From: the human T2T-CHM13v2.0 reference genome, Homo sapiens
DNA: 64,000 nucleotides
Assembly (NCBI RefSeq): GCF_009914755.1
Contig: NC_060925.1
Direction: 5' to 3' (one strand)
Positions 14,721 to 28,715 of this stretch are shown piece after piece. Below the pieces are notes generated by a model. That model searched no databases. It was not told the origin of the DNA and saw only the letters and a list, made by a program, of their open reading frames with translations. Each line of letters begins with the position of its first letter. Within the stretch, counting starts at the first letter, position 1. The position numbers were made by a program, and so were the translations under genes.

Positions 14721-15524
14721 TTCTCTGCATTGTGACAGATGATAACCACAGGCCCGCATGGTGCTGGATACCATAACCCAAAGACAACGTGGTCCGTTCC
14801 CATCACAGCAACCACACGGGTGTTGCCTGCAGGAAACCAAGCTGAGCAAAACAGACACTGGCCCCAAGGGGCAGGCCTCCCCAGGCCAGTTCAGGCCCCA
14901 GCTGAAAGATGACGCAGAGACCCACACAGGGTTAACCAGGAGCCACTACAGAGAGTGAGAATCTAGCTGTGACCAAGCCAGTCCTGAGCCCAGTCTGTCC
15001 TCCCTTGTTCCCCACTGCCCCCCAACCCCACTGCCACCCAATCCCAAAGCCTCATGACCCCAGCAGGGCCTCTGAGGCCCCATGGAGCAATGGCAAAGAC
15101 CCTGGCGTCTGGGGGCAGAGAGTCCAGTGTCCATGTCCCAACTGCACATCCCGTGAGGACCTGGCCAGCCTACCTCCCTGTCAATAAGCCCCTTCCAACC
15201 CTAGAACCCCCCACACCCAGAACAAGGAGTGGGGCAGGGGCAGCCAGTGGACATGAAAACGAGGGTAAACCCTGGAGGGAGCGGCCGGGGGAGCACATGA
15301 CGAGGCGGGCCCTGACCAGGAGGCAAGTCATAGCAGAAGGGGGACTGCCAGGCTCTGGGTTGGCCCTGGGTGACCTGAAGGTTTCAGACAATCACAGTCC
15401 CTCTTGTGGTCTGGACTTCCTCATGCACAAACTGGGGCAGGGAGTGGAGGGCAGAAGGAACAATTTGGACCAGATGACGCCAAGGTCTTCCAGTTTCTCA
15501 GAGTGGTTGACAGCACCGGCCCCT

Positions 15525-15690
15525 GAATCAAAGGATTGAAACTAGGATCTGCCACTGGTTAACTGTGTGACTTTGAGCCAGTCCTTATTCTGACTGAGCC
15601 TCAGTTTCCTCATCTGTAAAATGAGTCAATAATACCTACACCCACAGAGTCATTCTAGAGATGAAGCCACACCAGCCGATGCAGAGTACC
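15525..15690 (+). mobile_element. MIR
   Basis: TCTGCCACTGGTTAACTGTGTGACTTTGAGC...CTGAGCCTCAGTTTCCTCATCTGTAAAATG. Confidence 0.85.
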
Positions 15691-16344
15691 CACATGACAC
15701 TGGCCACACTCTCCAGCATTACACTAAGGGAGCTGCGGGCTGGCAGGGCGATGGCATATCCAGAAAGTGCCAGTGGGCTCCACCAGTCCCACCCTCGTTC
15801 GGAGGTGTCCCCTCCCTGCAGGCTGCTCTCCTTCCCATCTCCCATTGGCCCGCAGGGTGGCAGCAGCCGTCTGGGAGGCTGGACTGAGCCGCCACTCTGA
15901 GAACGCCTGTCCCTCTCGGGGCTGGCAGGAGGCACCCCATAAATCAATCAGTAAATTCCAAGCAGATGCGCACAGGCTGTTTTGGTTGGAACCCTGGCCC
16001 TTTTCTGTGGTTGCAGCGAAACCAGACTCTCAGGTGATTCACAATTTGACGGAGGCCTAGAGCTGGATCCACCAGAGGGTGACGATAATATTTTCTTTCC
16101 TGTCTTACCTCGGAGACAGGGTGGGGCTTTTTTTTTCCAGCCCGCTATCCTGGGCCGACAGCATACTCAGGTTTACTCAGTGAATATTTATAAACCTCCA
16201 GGCTTGGGAAGCCAGTCTCAAGGACCAGGAGCACTGCTGTGGGCTTCAATGTATGCAAACCCTTCTCCCCCAGGACTATACTCCTCACAGCTGCCCCGAG
16301 GTTCTGCTTTGCCACTGAGGAAAGTAGGCAAATGTGGATGTTGT

Positions 16345-16550
16345 TTAAAAGCTGTGGCTTTGCTGCTAATAGTCCTGGGTTCAAATCCCAAGTCTGATAC
16401 GTCACTGAGCCTCAGTTTATACTTCCACAGAAACAGGGATACTACACTTAACAAACACGAGCATGGTGAGATTTAAATATATATGAGGTGCTTCCATAGT
16501 GCCAAGCACATTTTATTCATTAAGTTGTCACTATTATGATTATTATGATT
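16345..16550 (+). mobile_element. MIR
   Basis: CCTGGGTTCAAATCCC...CTGAGCCTCAGTTT...GTGCCAAGCACA. Confidence 0.7.
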
Positions 16551-17049
16551 GCTCAGAGAAGGGACATACTAGCCCTAGGTCACAAAGCAGTCAGAGGAGT
16601 GCAGGTGCCCTGTGCAGCAGGATGGGACAACCCAAAGTCAGAGGTGGGGTACCATGCCTGGCATCACTGAGCCAGCTAGCTCCCCAGGCAGCCAGGGTCA
16701 GGCAGGGCAAACACTACCTTGCCTTCCGGAGGCTCCACAAAGCCCCTTTGTGAAGAATGCCCAGTAAGAAAGAAAAATACCCAGGGCTGCATCCACAGCA
16801 AATTAGTGGTTTGACTCCTTTTGGTTGTAACCAAATGGGAGGAATATAAAAAGGCTGGGAGCCAGGTTTAAAAGCAGGCAAGTGACTCTACACCGTTGTT
16901 GGTGAAAATCCTGGCCTGTCCCTCCCTGGGTCTCAGTTTTTCATCTGACAGCTGGGGGCTGGACAGTTGGGATCCTCAGGCCCCCAGCACCCCGCTCTCC
17001 TGTGGAGCCTGGATCTCCTGCCTGTAGGGTGGCTGTTTAGAGTCTGACA

Positions 17050-17270
17050 GCAGCAGCCATCCACTGAGCACCTGCTATGTGCTGGCCCCTCTCTGAGCAC
17101 TTCACTTGGACTGTCCTCCACTCCTCCCCAGAGCCCTGTGACAAGCGCTGTCACTGTGCCCATCATACAGAAGGGGAAAGTAAGTAATGTGCCCAAAGTC
17201 ATCAAAGAGGTAAAGCCAGGATTTAAAACCCAGGCAGTAGTCTGGGATACTACATTAAGCCACTCTGCCA
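17050..17270 (-). mobile_element. MIR
   Basis: CTGAGCACCTGCTATGTGCTGG...GTAATGTGCCCAAAGTCA...GCCAGGATTTAAAACCCAGGCAG. Confidence 0.75.
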
Positions 17271-17689
17271 CTCCCTCCCCTACCCCATGCCCCTTTCATG
17301 CATGTGCACACACACACACACGCTCATGCTTGTACTGAGGCAGCTCCCGGAGTCTGGGCTTGGCTGAGATGCACAGCAGGACTGCGAGATTAAGAAGACG
17401 TGGGGGAAAGGAAGAGCTGAAGGCACACTCTTAGGCCTCTGGAGGGAACAGAACCGGGGACTTCAAAAGCACAGGGAGACAGGCCCAGCTGATGATGGAT
17501 GGTTTAAACCTGACCCTGGGGCAGAAATGTAGAAAAGGGCCCATACTATTGCCTGGCAGCAATGAATACCTCCATAGAGAGAGTCCCTGAATATCTTGGG
17601 GGACCACGGGGCAGGGTCTGCGGTGTTGACTCTTCTTGGAACCATCAGAGTGCCCAGTCCAGGGTTTGCATACAAAAGGTGCTCATCCT

Positions 17690-17815
17690 CCAGCTGAGTA
17701 CCTGGGCTGGACCTTGGGCAAGTCCTTACTCTTTCTGAGGCTGTTTCCTCATCTGTAAAATAGGGATAACAACACCTGCCTCATAGGGTTGTCCTAGAGA
17801 TTAAATGACAGTGGA
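17690..17815 (+). mobile_element. MIR
   Basis: GACCTTGGGCAAGTCCTTA...TTTCCTCATCTGTAAAATAGGGATAAC...CCTCATAGGGTTGT. Confidence 0.85.
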
Positions 17816-19039
17816 TGACATTCCCAACAGAGAGCAAGCTCCCCTGGGAAGGAACAGCTTTCCTACAGTGACATCCCAGTGCCTGCCGTAGGAGCTCCAG
17901 CAGTCTGGGGAGGAGGAAAACAGGTGGGGCCAGAGGAACCTGAGCACTCTGAGAAGAGCCTCAGGTGCAAGTTCTGGCTATATCACTTGCTGACTGTGTG
18001 ACCTTGAAGAACTCACTTGCCCTCTCTGGCCCTTGGGCTCATCACCTGAAAAATGTGGGTGAAAAACTCTGGCCCGTGGGTGTGGGGTTGTCACACAGAG
18101 ATTGGGGGCCTAAGGGCACTTTGTGGATGATGGAGCCTTGAATAAACAAGGACAAGTAGGTGAGTGGTACTGACGAGGGCGCACCAAAAAGGGGCCATCT
18201 TGGTGGTGGAGGGTGGTTTCTTAACACGCCTTCCTGACACCCGACACCTCTCCTCAAGCTTCTTGGGAAGGAACGGTCCATCTGTCCATCTGTGCTGCAA
18301 AAGCAAGGGAGTTCAAGATCACTGGGTGCTCTGTGCTGGGAACCTCCACAGCTTGCACATCATTTAATCTCCAGCCCCAGGTCTCAAGCTGAGGGCTGTC
18401 CCATCCCAGGGCCGCTGCTCTGTGCCTCCCATCCTGGGCTGACCCCGAAGCTCTCCCTGACAAGAGTGTCTGCTCCCTGACCCCACTCCACTCCCAGGCA
18501 CTGCCAAGTGTGGGGCCTGGAGGCTGCTCCTGGGGCCAGCTGGCCAGGCCAGGACACCTCAGTGGTCCAGCAGGCCCAGAGCTTGTGGGGCCAGGCCACA
18601 CCTACCCTGATGAATCCCAAGGCAACACACTGCCCTGTTTCTGTTCCCCATTACGAGGACTGGTGCCCATCAAATAAATCAGGCTAATGGAGTCTGATGA
18701 ACAAAGATTCAGATGGTGGGACACTGTAATTATAAACATCAGCAGCTTGGCAATCTGGGATCAGGGGAGCTGTCTTGCTTTGATGGAAGGCGAGCACTGG
18801 AGAGATTGTTCTGGACATTACAGGCAGGAGAGGCTGGGTTCCCTGCACCTATTTCACACTACTCTGCAGTGCTGTCAGAGTTTCAGGTTGCCACGCAACG
18901 ATAAGGCCTTCCACCTCAGGGCCCTGCCACAATACGCTGCTGGAATGGCTCATAGTATCCACACCGCCATGCCAGTCAGTATTCTCAAGACTTTACAGAA
19001 GGTTTGTTCTGTTGGTGCTAATGAACGCCTGTCTATCCT

Positions 19040-19420
19040 GTAACACCCAAGTCAAGTGCTACCTCCTCCAGGAAGCCTTCTGGGTATCTCCTACAGTAAA
19101 GCACTTCTTCCTCTGTGCTGTAGGACTTGCCTTCCAGCCTCACATGAGCTAAGCTCTCTCCTTTCTTGTGTCTTTGTGTCTGCCATTCCCTCTGCCTGCA
19201 ACACCCTTCCCACTGCAGTTTTAACTCCACTCACCCGTCTTGTATCAGATTCAACGTCACCTCCTCCGGGAAGTCTCCCTGATCTCCACCAGGCTGCCCA
19301 GCCTCCCCAGTTCCCTGCACTGTAACTTAGTTCACATGTCTGTGTCCCACCCTTATCTGGAAGCTCTCTGTCCCCAGTGCCCAGTGCAGGCCTGGCACCA
19401 AGTAGGCAATTCAGGAATTG
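19040..19420 (+). mobile_element. L2 fragments
   Basis: TCAAGTGCTACCTCCTCCAGGAAGCCTTC and GCCATTCCCTCTGCCTGCAACACCCTTCCC...CCTGGCACCAAGTAGG. Confidence 0.65.
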
Positions 19421-20079
19421 TGAGCTCAAAACAACTCAGGAATTGTGAGCTGAGGAAACGTGTTCTATCGCTGTCAAACCACCACAGGGCTGGGACAGTC
19501 TGAGGCCTGCAGACTGTGGTCTGAGTCCTCTGAGTCCCGTCTTCTCGGACTAACAAGACCCAGTTCCTAGTTCCCGAACAAATGAAACCACCAAGGTCTG
19601 TTGTGACCCAAAAGTGGAGGGCTTCATATGGAAGGAATCAAGAGGCACAAGGAATCAAGTATCCATTGGAGCAGACACTTTATTATCCAGGCCATAAACC
19701 TGATTTACACTCGGGCCGCTTCTCTCCAGCAGCTCTGTAAAGTTTTAACGTTGCCCCAGCAAGCCCTGGGAACAAACCTTCAGAGCAGCAGGAAGAGGCC
19801 CATTATGACTTTGGTTGGGGGCAGTAGTGTTCCCAGATGCTCTTGTCCTCCAGGTAACCCTGCGGGTGGAGTCACCTGAACTTGACCTGGAGTGAGCCAC
19901 GGGCTGAGAGCCTAGAGACCTGGTTCTAGTTCAGACTCCATCATGCACAGACAGTGTGGCCTTCACAAGCTATGTGTCCATCTGGGCCTCAGTCTCCCCA
20001 CCTGTACAATGACCATGGGGAGGGAGCAAGGAGGCAGACTCAGTGCTAGTAACCAAGGTCACAGCATAACACGGCAACT

Positions 20080-20280
20080 ATAGCTTCAAGCTGTGGCTTA
20101 CTAGCTATGTGACTTGGGCAAGTTATGGAAGCTCTCTCTGCCTCACTTTCCACACCACGAACATGAGCGAACGGCGGGAGGGTGAGGCCTCCTCCTACCC
20201 CAGGGCTACGATGAGCACCAGGGGTTAACTGAGAAGCCTGTGGAGCAGCACCCCCGGGGTCTCCTAGCACTTCAGCCATC
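20080..20280 (+). mobile_element. MIR
   Basis: CTTACTAGCTATGTGACTTGGGCAAGTTA...CTCTCTGCCTCACTTTCC. Confidence 0.7.
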
Positions 20281-20849
20281 GGGGGCTGACAGGAGGAAAT
20301 GAGGCCCTTCCAAACTGGTTGTCCAAACGTCCCCCAGTAAGCTAGGGGGTACAGAGTGTAATCCCCACACGATAGAAGAGGAAGATGAGGCTCGGAGCCA
20401 GGGGCTTACTCTCTCTGTAATCCAGTGAGCTGGGAGCCCAGCCCTGGCCTCCTAATGCCAAGCCTGGAGTTCTTTCCCTGATAAAGAATGTTCCAGGCCA
20501 AGTTGTTTTGAAAGGAAGGGGCAAAGTGGGGGAGGGGAGCAAGGCTCCATGTTAGGGTCAACTCTCATATTCTGGAAGAAGTCTCTACAAGACACCATTT
20601 AGGGTCAGCTGATTTGCCTCTTTCTCTCTGTCCTACCACCATCCCAATCACCAGCTCCCACTGCAGCTAGGCTGCCGGGTCACCCTCCCTCCACTTGGCT
20701 CTGCCCCAGAGAGCCTCTGACGGCCCAGCTAAAACTGTACCCCATCCTGTCCACCTCCAGCCTCTCACTCTGCCATGATAAATCACCATTTATCATACAA
20801 CCTGACATAATATTGATGAATTTTTCTTCATTAAACAAATATTATTGTT

Positions 20850-21385
20850 ATTCACAAACAAATTCATTAAACCTATTAAATCCTGGCTGTCACAGATGTT
20901 TGGGAGAAGACAGTGAACAAAACAGACAAAAATCCCTGCCCTCCTGGAGCTTCCGTACAGAAGAGGAGGTGACTCATAAATAACAAACATGATCAATAGG
21001 TCAAACATACGGCCTATTAGAATGGGAAGAGTTCTTCAAAAACAACTGAGTAGAGTAAGGGGATGGGGGTGCTGGGGTAGGGCAGGGTGCTGAAGGTGGG
21101 CACCAAAGAGTGGTGAAGGGTATGCCCAGCAGAGGGAACAGATGGGACCAGGGCCCGGAGGAGGCAGTGTGCTGGGCTGGAGAGGAGGAAATTAGAAGGA
21201 AAGAATTAAACGGTGCATTTGGGGGGCCCCAGGGTCCGGCATCATCCCACAGGCCACAGAGAGGATCCAGAATTGCATCCTGAGTGCCACAGGGGCTCAC
21301 TCCACAACAGCAAGTATTATTTGCAGAGGAGCGACAGATTCCACTGGTATAAAAGGATCACGCAGGCTGCTGTGCTGAAAGCAGA
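20850..21385 (-). mobile_element. L2
   Basis: ACAGTGAACAAAACAGACAAAAATCCCTGCCCTCCTGGAGCTT...AAAGGATCACGCAGGCTGCTGTG. Confidence 0.7.
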
Positions 21386-21389
21386 CTGT

Positions 21390-21975
21390 CTCGCTTATTT
21401 GTTGGTTTACGGTTTATCTCCTCCACAAAAATCTAAGGTCCATGAGGGCAGCACTTAATCTGAATTGATCACTATTATCTCTCCTCAGTGCCTAAGAACA
21501 GGGCTTGGCATGTGCATAGGAAATGTCTGTGAAATAACTAAACAAACGCACGCCAGCCACACCGGCCTCCTGGCTATTCCGCACTCATGCCAAGCACAGT
21601 CTGGCCTCGGGGACTTTGCAATTGATGTGTGCGCTCTGCCTAGAATGCTTCTCCCCCCCAGACATCTGCATGGGTCCTTCCATATTTCGGATCTTGATTC
21701 ACACATTGCATGAACACTGGGGCCTTTCCTGGTCGTGCTATTCCAAACACGAAATAGCCCTCTCCAACACTTCCTGTCTCCCTTCCCTGCTCATTTGTTT
21801 CTGTTTCACTTGTTACCAAATGACACACTGTATATTTCCTGTGTTTCCATCTGTCTCTACCCACTAGAAGACAGGCTTCTGGAAGAAGATGTTGGTCTAT
21901 TGTAGTCACTGATCAGTCCCCGAAGTCTACAACAGTTCTGACACCCAGCAGGGGCCTAGCAAATGCTTACTGAAT
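21390..21975 (+). mobile_element. Two L2 3' fragments
   Basis: CCATGAGGGCAG...CAGTGCCTAAGAACAGGGCTTGGCA, and a second copy ending CAAATGCTTACTGAAT. Confidence 0.65.
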
Positions 21976-23002
21976 GGGGAATGACTCCTCCCGCTTACTC
22001 TCTTATCCATACTCAGCAAGCAGGATGGCAGGCCAGGGTGATAGGGGATGGCCGAGGGGATGGCCTGCCCAACAGCAAGACCCCCTATGAACCACAACCC
22101 TTGGGGTACAGGCCAACATGGGAAGAAGGGCTATGCCATCTGTGCTAAGTTGTTTCATGGTAAGCCATCTCCTGGTAACCACAAGTAATAAGTGTTTTCA
22201 TCTCCATTGTACTCAAGAGGAAACACTGGTGCTCAGAGAAGCTAAGTAACTTTCCCAAGTTCATAGAATTTAGGGGGCAGCAGAGCTGGATTTTCAAGAG
22301 TCTACCTGACTCCTTGCTTGCAGGAAGTAGAGCTGGGCTTTCGTGGTGTCTACCTCACTCCTTGCAGTTCTTATTCAATCAAAGCCTTATTGACCTGCCA
22401 TGCCATGCCTGACCCTGCACTAGGTCCTGAGGAATGCAGCAGTGAACAAGGGGGGCAGGGGCCATATTCATTCATATGATGAATATTACAAAGAAGTGAA
22501 AATGAATGAACTAGAGACACCTGCAACATCCAGCAACACAATGCTGAATTTAAAAAGCAAATCTCAGTATACCGAATAAAGTTCAAAATCCACTAAAATG
22601 GAATATATTGTTTAGGCACACATAGACACGTGATAAAAACTATTTATTTGATTAAAAATTATTTTAAAGCAAGAGAATGACAAACATAAGATTACCTCTA
22701 GTGGGTAAGCAGGGATGAAAGAAATAAAATATATAAGAATTGAAAGGAATAAATAAAACTTATTATTCACAAGTGATAATCAGAAATCAAAAAGAATCTA
22801 AAAACAAACTAGACCATTAAAAAGTTAATTTGACAAGGTCAGTAGATATAACAGGAACACTCAAAACTCAATTATATACTTATCTACAATAAACAGTAAA
22901 GGGAATTTTTTAGATATCATTTATGGTAACATAGAATAACATCAAATACATACGGATAAATCTAACACAAGATATACAAGACCTCAACAAAGAAAATTGC
23001 TA

Positions 23003-23578
<576 letters not shown>

Positions 23579-24358
23579 TTAGAAATTCCAAATTTATCTA
23601 GAAGCTGGAAGTTGCAAATTTTTCTTCCCAAATTTATCTAGAGATTCAGTGCAATCCAAATCAAAATCCCAGCAGGTTCTTTTTGTCTGTGGAAATTACC
23701 AAGCTGGTTCTAAAATTTATATTAAAATTCAAACAGCCAAGAATAGCCAGGGTGATCCTGAAGAATAAGGTAGATATCAAGACTTATTATAAAGCTACAG
23801 TAATTAATGTGAAACTGGCACAAAGATAAACAAATAGGCTAATGGAACAGAACAGAGAATCCAGAAATAGAGCCATTTATTTAATTGATTTATGGTAAAG
23901 GTGGCCCTTCAGAAAAGTGGGGGAAGGACAACGTGGTCAATAGAAGCTGCTGGCTCAATCGGATTTCTATACAATGTCGGAAAAAAGAAACTTGACACCT
24001 TCTGCACACCAAACATAAAAACCAAATCCAGAGAGCCTCCTCGTATTTAGATGGACTATACATCTAAATACTAAATGTAAAACAGCCAAGCTTCAAAAAT
24101 AAGCTTGTAAAAGAAAATTGTATAGGAGACTATTTTCACAATTTGAGATAAATTCACAAAGATTTCTTAAACAGGACTCAGAAGCACTAACCATAAAAGT
24201 AAAGATGAATAAACTAGATTATTTTGAAATGGAGAGTTTCTACTCATCAAAAGACATCATTAAGAGAGAAAAAGGGCAAGCCACATCTAACTAACAAAGG
24301 GCTTGGATCTAGAATACATGAAGATCTTCTACACGAAAAAAGGCAAACAACTCAATTA

Positions 24359-24693
<335 letters not shown>

Positions 24694-25449
24694 TTACAAA
24701 AGAGAATATTCAAATGGTCAAAAAATATATGAAATGATGCTCAACATCATTAATCGCCAGAAAAATGTAAATTCAAACCACACTAAGACACCAACACACA
24801 CCCACCAGAATGGCTAAAATTTAAAAGACAAGCAACATTGTATGTTAGATGGGGAGCAATGGGAACTCTGCTACTCTGCCAGCGGGAGTGCTAAAATGGT
24901 GCAGCCACTTTGGAAAGCTGTTTAGCATTATATACTAAAAATGAACATGGTCACATCCTATAGCTCAGCAGTTTAATTCCTACATATATACCCAATAGAA
25001 GTACACGTATATGCACATCCTAAGACATGTATACATATATTCATCATAATGTAAATATGGTCAAAAACTGGAAACAACACAAATGCTCGACAGCAGTGGA
25101 AAAGATGAGTAAACTGTAATACCATACATCAGTGAAAATGAATAAGCCATAGCTGCACAGCATGAACAGATTTCAGAAACATAATGTTGAGTGAAAAAAA
25201 TCGGACACGAGAGAGTATGTACTGTAAGATCCCAGCCATATCGAGTTCAAAAACAAGCAAAACAAATCTGTGGTACCAGAAGTCAGGCCTGTGGTTACCT
25301 TGAAGAAGGAGGCAGGGAGGAGAGATGGGGAAGGCCATGAGTGGGGCTCTTCCGGGAATAGTAATTACGTAAATACTGGGTCCACAGTTACATTCACCTT
25401 GTGATATTCATCGAATTACATACTTACGATTTGTGTACTTTTCTATATA

Positions 25450-26469
25450 CAGTTGACTCTTGAACAAGATGGTTTTGAACTGCACGGATCTACTTATTCA
25501 TGGATTTTTTTTCAATAAATATATTAGAAATTTTTGGAGATTTGCAACAATTTGAAAAAATTCACAGACGAACTGCATAGCCTAGAAATATCACAAAATT
25601 AAGAAAAAGGCATGACTTAAATGCATAAAATGTATGTAGATACTAGTCTATTTTATCACTTACTACCATAAAATATATACGAATTATAAAAAGTTTAAAT
25701 GTATCCAAATCTGTGCACACAGTTACAAACTGTACATGGCACCATTTGCCGTTCACAGAAACTGAAAGATGCAGTATTAAATCATAGCTGCAGAAAATTA
25801 ACTATATGTTCTGTACGACTGCAGCTATTTCATAGCCACCTCCTGTTGCTATTGGGTGAGCTCAAGTGTTGTGAGTATCTGTGAGGTGCTCATCATCTCC
25901 GTGTGAGCAGTTCACCTCTCCAGTATATTGCGCACCACAGTAAAAAGTCATCTTTCAAGGTTCTCACATATTTTTTATCGTGTTTAGTGCAATACTGTAA
26001 ACTTTGAATAACACCATAGGACCCATATGAACTGCCACTGGTGATGCTGGAAGTGCTCCCAAGAAGCAGAGAAAAGTCATGACATGACAAGAAAAAGCTG
26101 ACTTGCTTGATATGTACCATAGATTGAGGTCTCCGGTTGTGGTTGTCATTTCAGACGGTTCATCTTGCAAACAGATGATGTAAACTTACAGTATTGATAA
26201 ATACAATACAGTTCTATAAACATATTTCTCTTATGACTTTCTTAATAACAATTTCTTTTCTCAAGCTTACTTTATTGTAAGAACACAGGATGTAATCCAT
26301 ATAACATATAAAATATGTGTTAATCGACTGTTTATGTTATCCGTAAGGCTTCTGATCAACAGTAGGTCATTAGCAGTTAAGTTTTTGGACAGTCAAAAGT
26401 TATATGCAGATTTTTGACTATACCGGGGCTCTCAGCACCCCAACCCCTGTGCTGTTCAAGGGTCAACTG
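25450..26469 (+). mobile_element. Tigger2-family (Tigger2b-like) non-autonomous TcMar DNA transposon, ~1.02 kb
   Basis: TIRs CAGTTGACTCTTGAACA (from 25450) and TGTTCAAGGGTCAACTG (to 26469). TA on the left and TG (mutated TA) on the right. Stop-interrupted transposase N-terminus SAPKKQRKVMT*QEKADLLDMYHRLRS at about 26050-26132. Confidence 0.9.
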
Positions 26470-26755
26470 TGTAAGATTTACTTCAACAACAAGTAAAATC
26501 AACATAGAATCACAGAAACAAAATTGAGTAAAGTGATCACCTCCAGATGGGCAGCAGGGAGACAAGATAGGGGCAGTACATGCATAAATGTATTTTGTTA
26601 GTGTTCAAGTCACAGTTTGGGTGGTTAATTATATTGAAACAGGGGTGGGGGTGATAATCCAGACGGAGAAATAGATAGGTGGGCTCATTAATGGACCAAA
26701 GGCAGTGACACAAACCAGTAACTGTGCTTGATCCAACTCTATGCATTCAAGGTTA

Positions 26756-27085
<330 letters not shown>

Positions 27086-27129
27086 GACCACACTTTAGGA
27101 AAGGCTTGGTAGGGTCATGAGGCGAGTAG

Positions 27130-27870
27130 GGGATGCACTGCTCTGTCAAAGCTAGAATAAAATAGATATTCCTTTCTTATTTCAGCATGGGGAACAAAGG
27201 CAGGTCTCCGGTAATTACAGGCTAAAGAGATGGCGGAAGGAACGAATAGGTGAATCAGGACGCTCCCCCAGTCCTGGGATCTCACCCCGTCTGCCCACTG
27301 CAATTCTCTCCTCAGGCTTACACCTAGTTTTGGCTGGCACTGGCCTAATTAGTGCAGCCTCTAATAAAACCTCCTCACCATCCTCTCTCAGGCATCGAAC
27401 ACTGGCCCAGGGAGCCCTGGATGTTGGGCCAAATGAGTTAACAATTTCCTTCTAGCCCTGTGGCGTTTCTAAAATGCTAGTCCATTTTTTTCACAGTCTG
27501 AGAGGCCAGAGTCTGAGCCGTTTAACAGTCCAGTTCTGGCCTAGATCTGTCACCACGACAGTAAAAAATAAAAATTAAAAAAAGTTTAAGTGTATCGTAT
27601 GCTTATAATAAATAGTTTGCACAAAATTATTCATTCCACATATGGGCAGAGCGATGCCTTTCATGTGCACATTGTTTGTGGAGAGCCCGTAACTGGAGTT
27701 GTTACTGGGCAGAATGTGGAAGTCGTTTTCTACTATTAAGTAAGGGAAACAAGGTTCGCATTTTAAAATTAATTCAATGAAAACTATTAAGCAGTTGGCC
27801 GTGAATGCCTTGCTATTTTTTCCAAACTGATACTAATAAGGGCTCCTACTGCCAGCCCTGCCTAAACAAA
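27130..27870. promoter_or_regulatory. Candidate enhancer island
   Basis: No recognisable repeat, AT-rich. GTAATTAC 27211, CTAATTAG 27345, AATTAATT 27767, plus SOX-type AACAAAG/AACAAT/CATTGTT. Confidence 0.4.
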
Positions 27871-28070
27871 AACACAAGAGTAACCACAAAATTTCCAAGA
27901 ACATTTTCCCAGTGTTCTTCTGAAACACAAACCAGTGCAGATCCCACAAAACTTGAGACCCAAATCCCTGTGACAGTACCTTCAGGTGGGTCTGGGGGGG
28001 CGACTGCCTCTTGGGTGCCAAGGGGCTGGTGAGTGGATCACTGTCATCCTTTTGTTCAATAATCAGCTGA

Positions 28071-28715
<645 letters not shown>

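Noticed and set aside
15845-15866. Possible CTCF site TGGCCCGCAGGGTGGCAGC
   Set aside because: Spacing does not fit the CCASYAGRKGGC core.
19414-19450. GGAATTGTGAGC matches the left part of the lac operator, twice
   Set aside because: Only 12 bp, the rest of the operator and any vector sequence are absent, and it resembles L2 sequence. Chance match.
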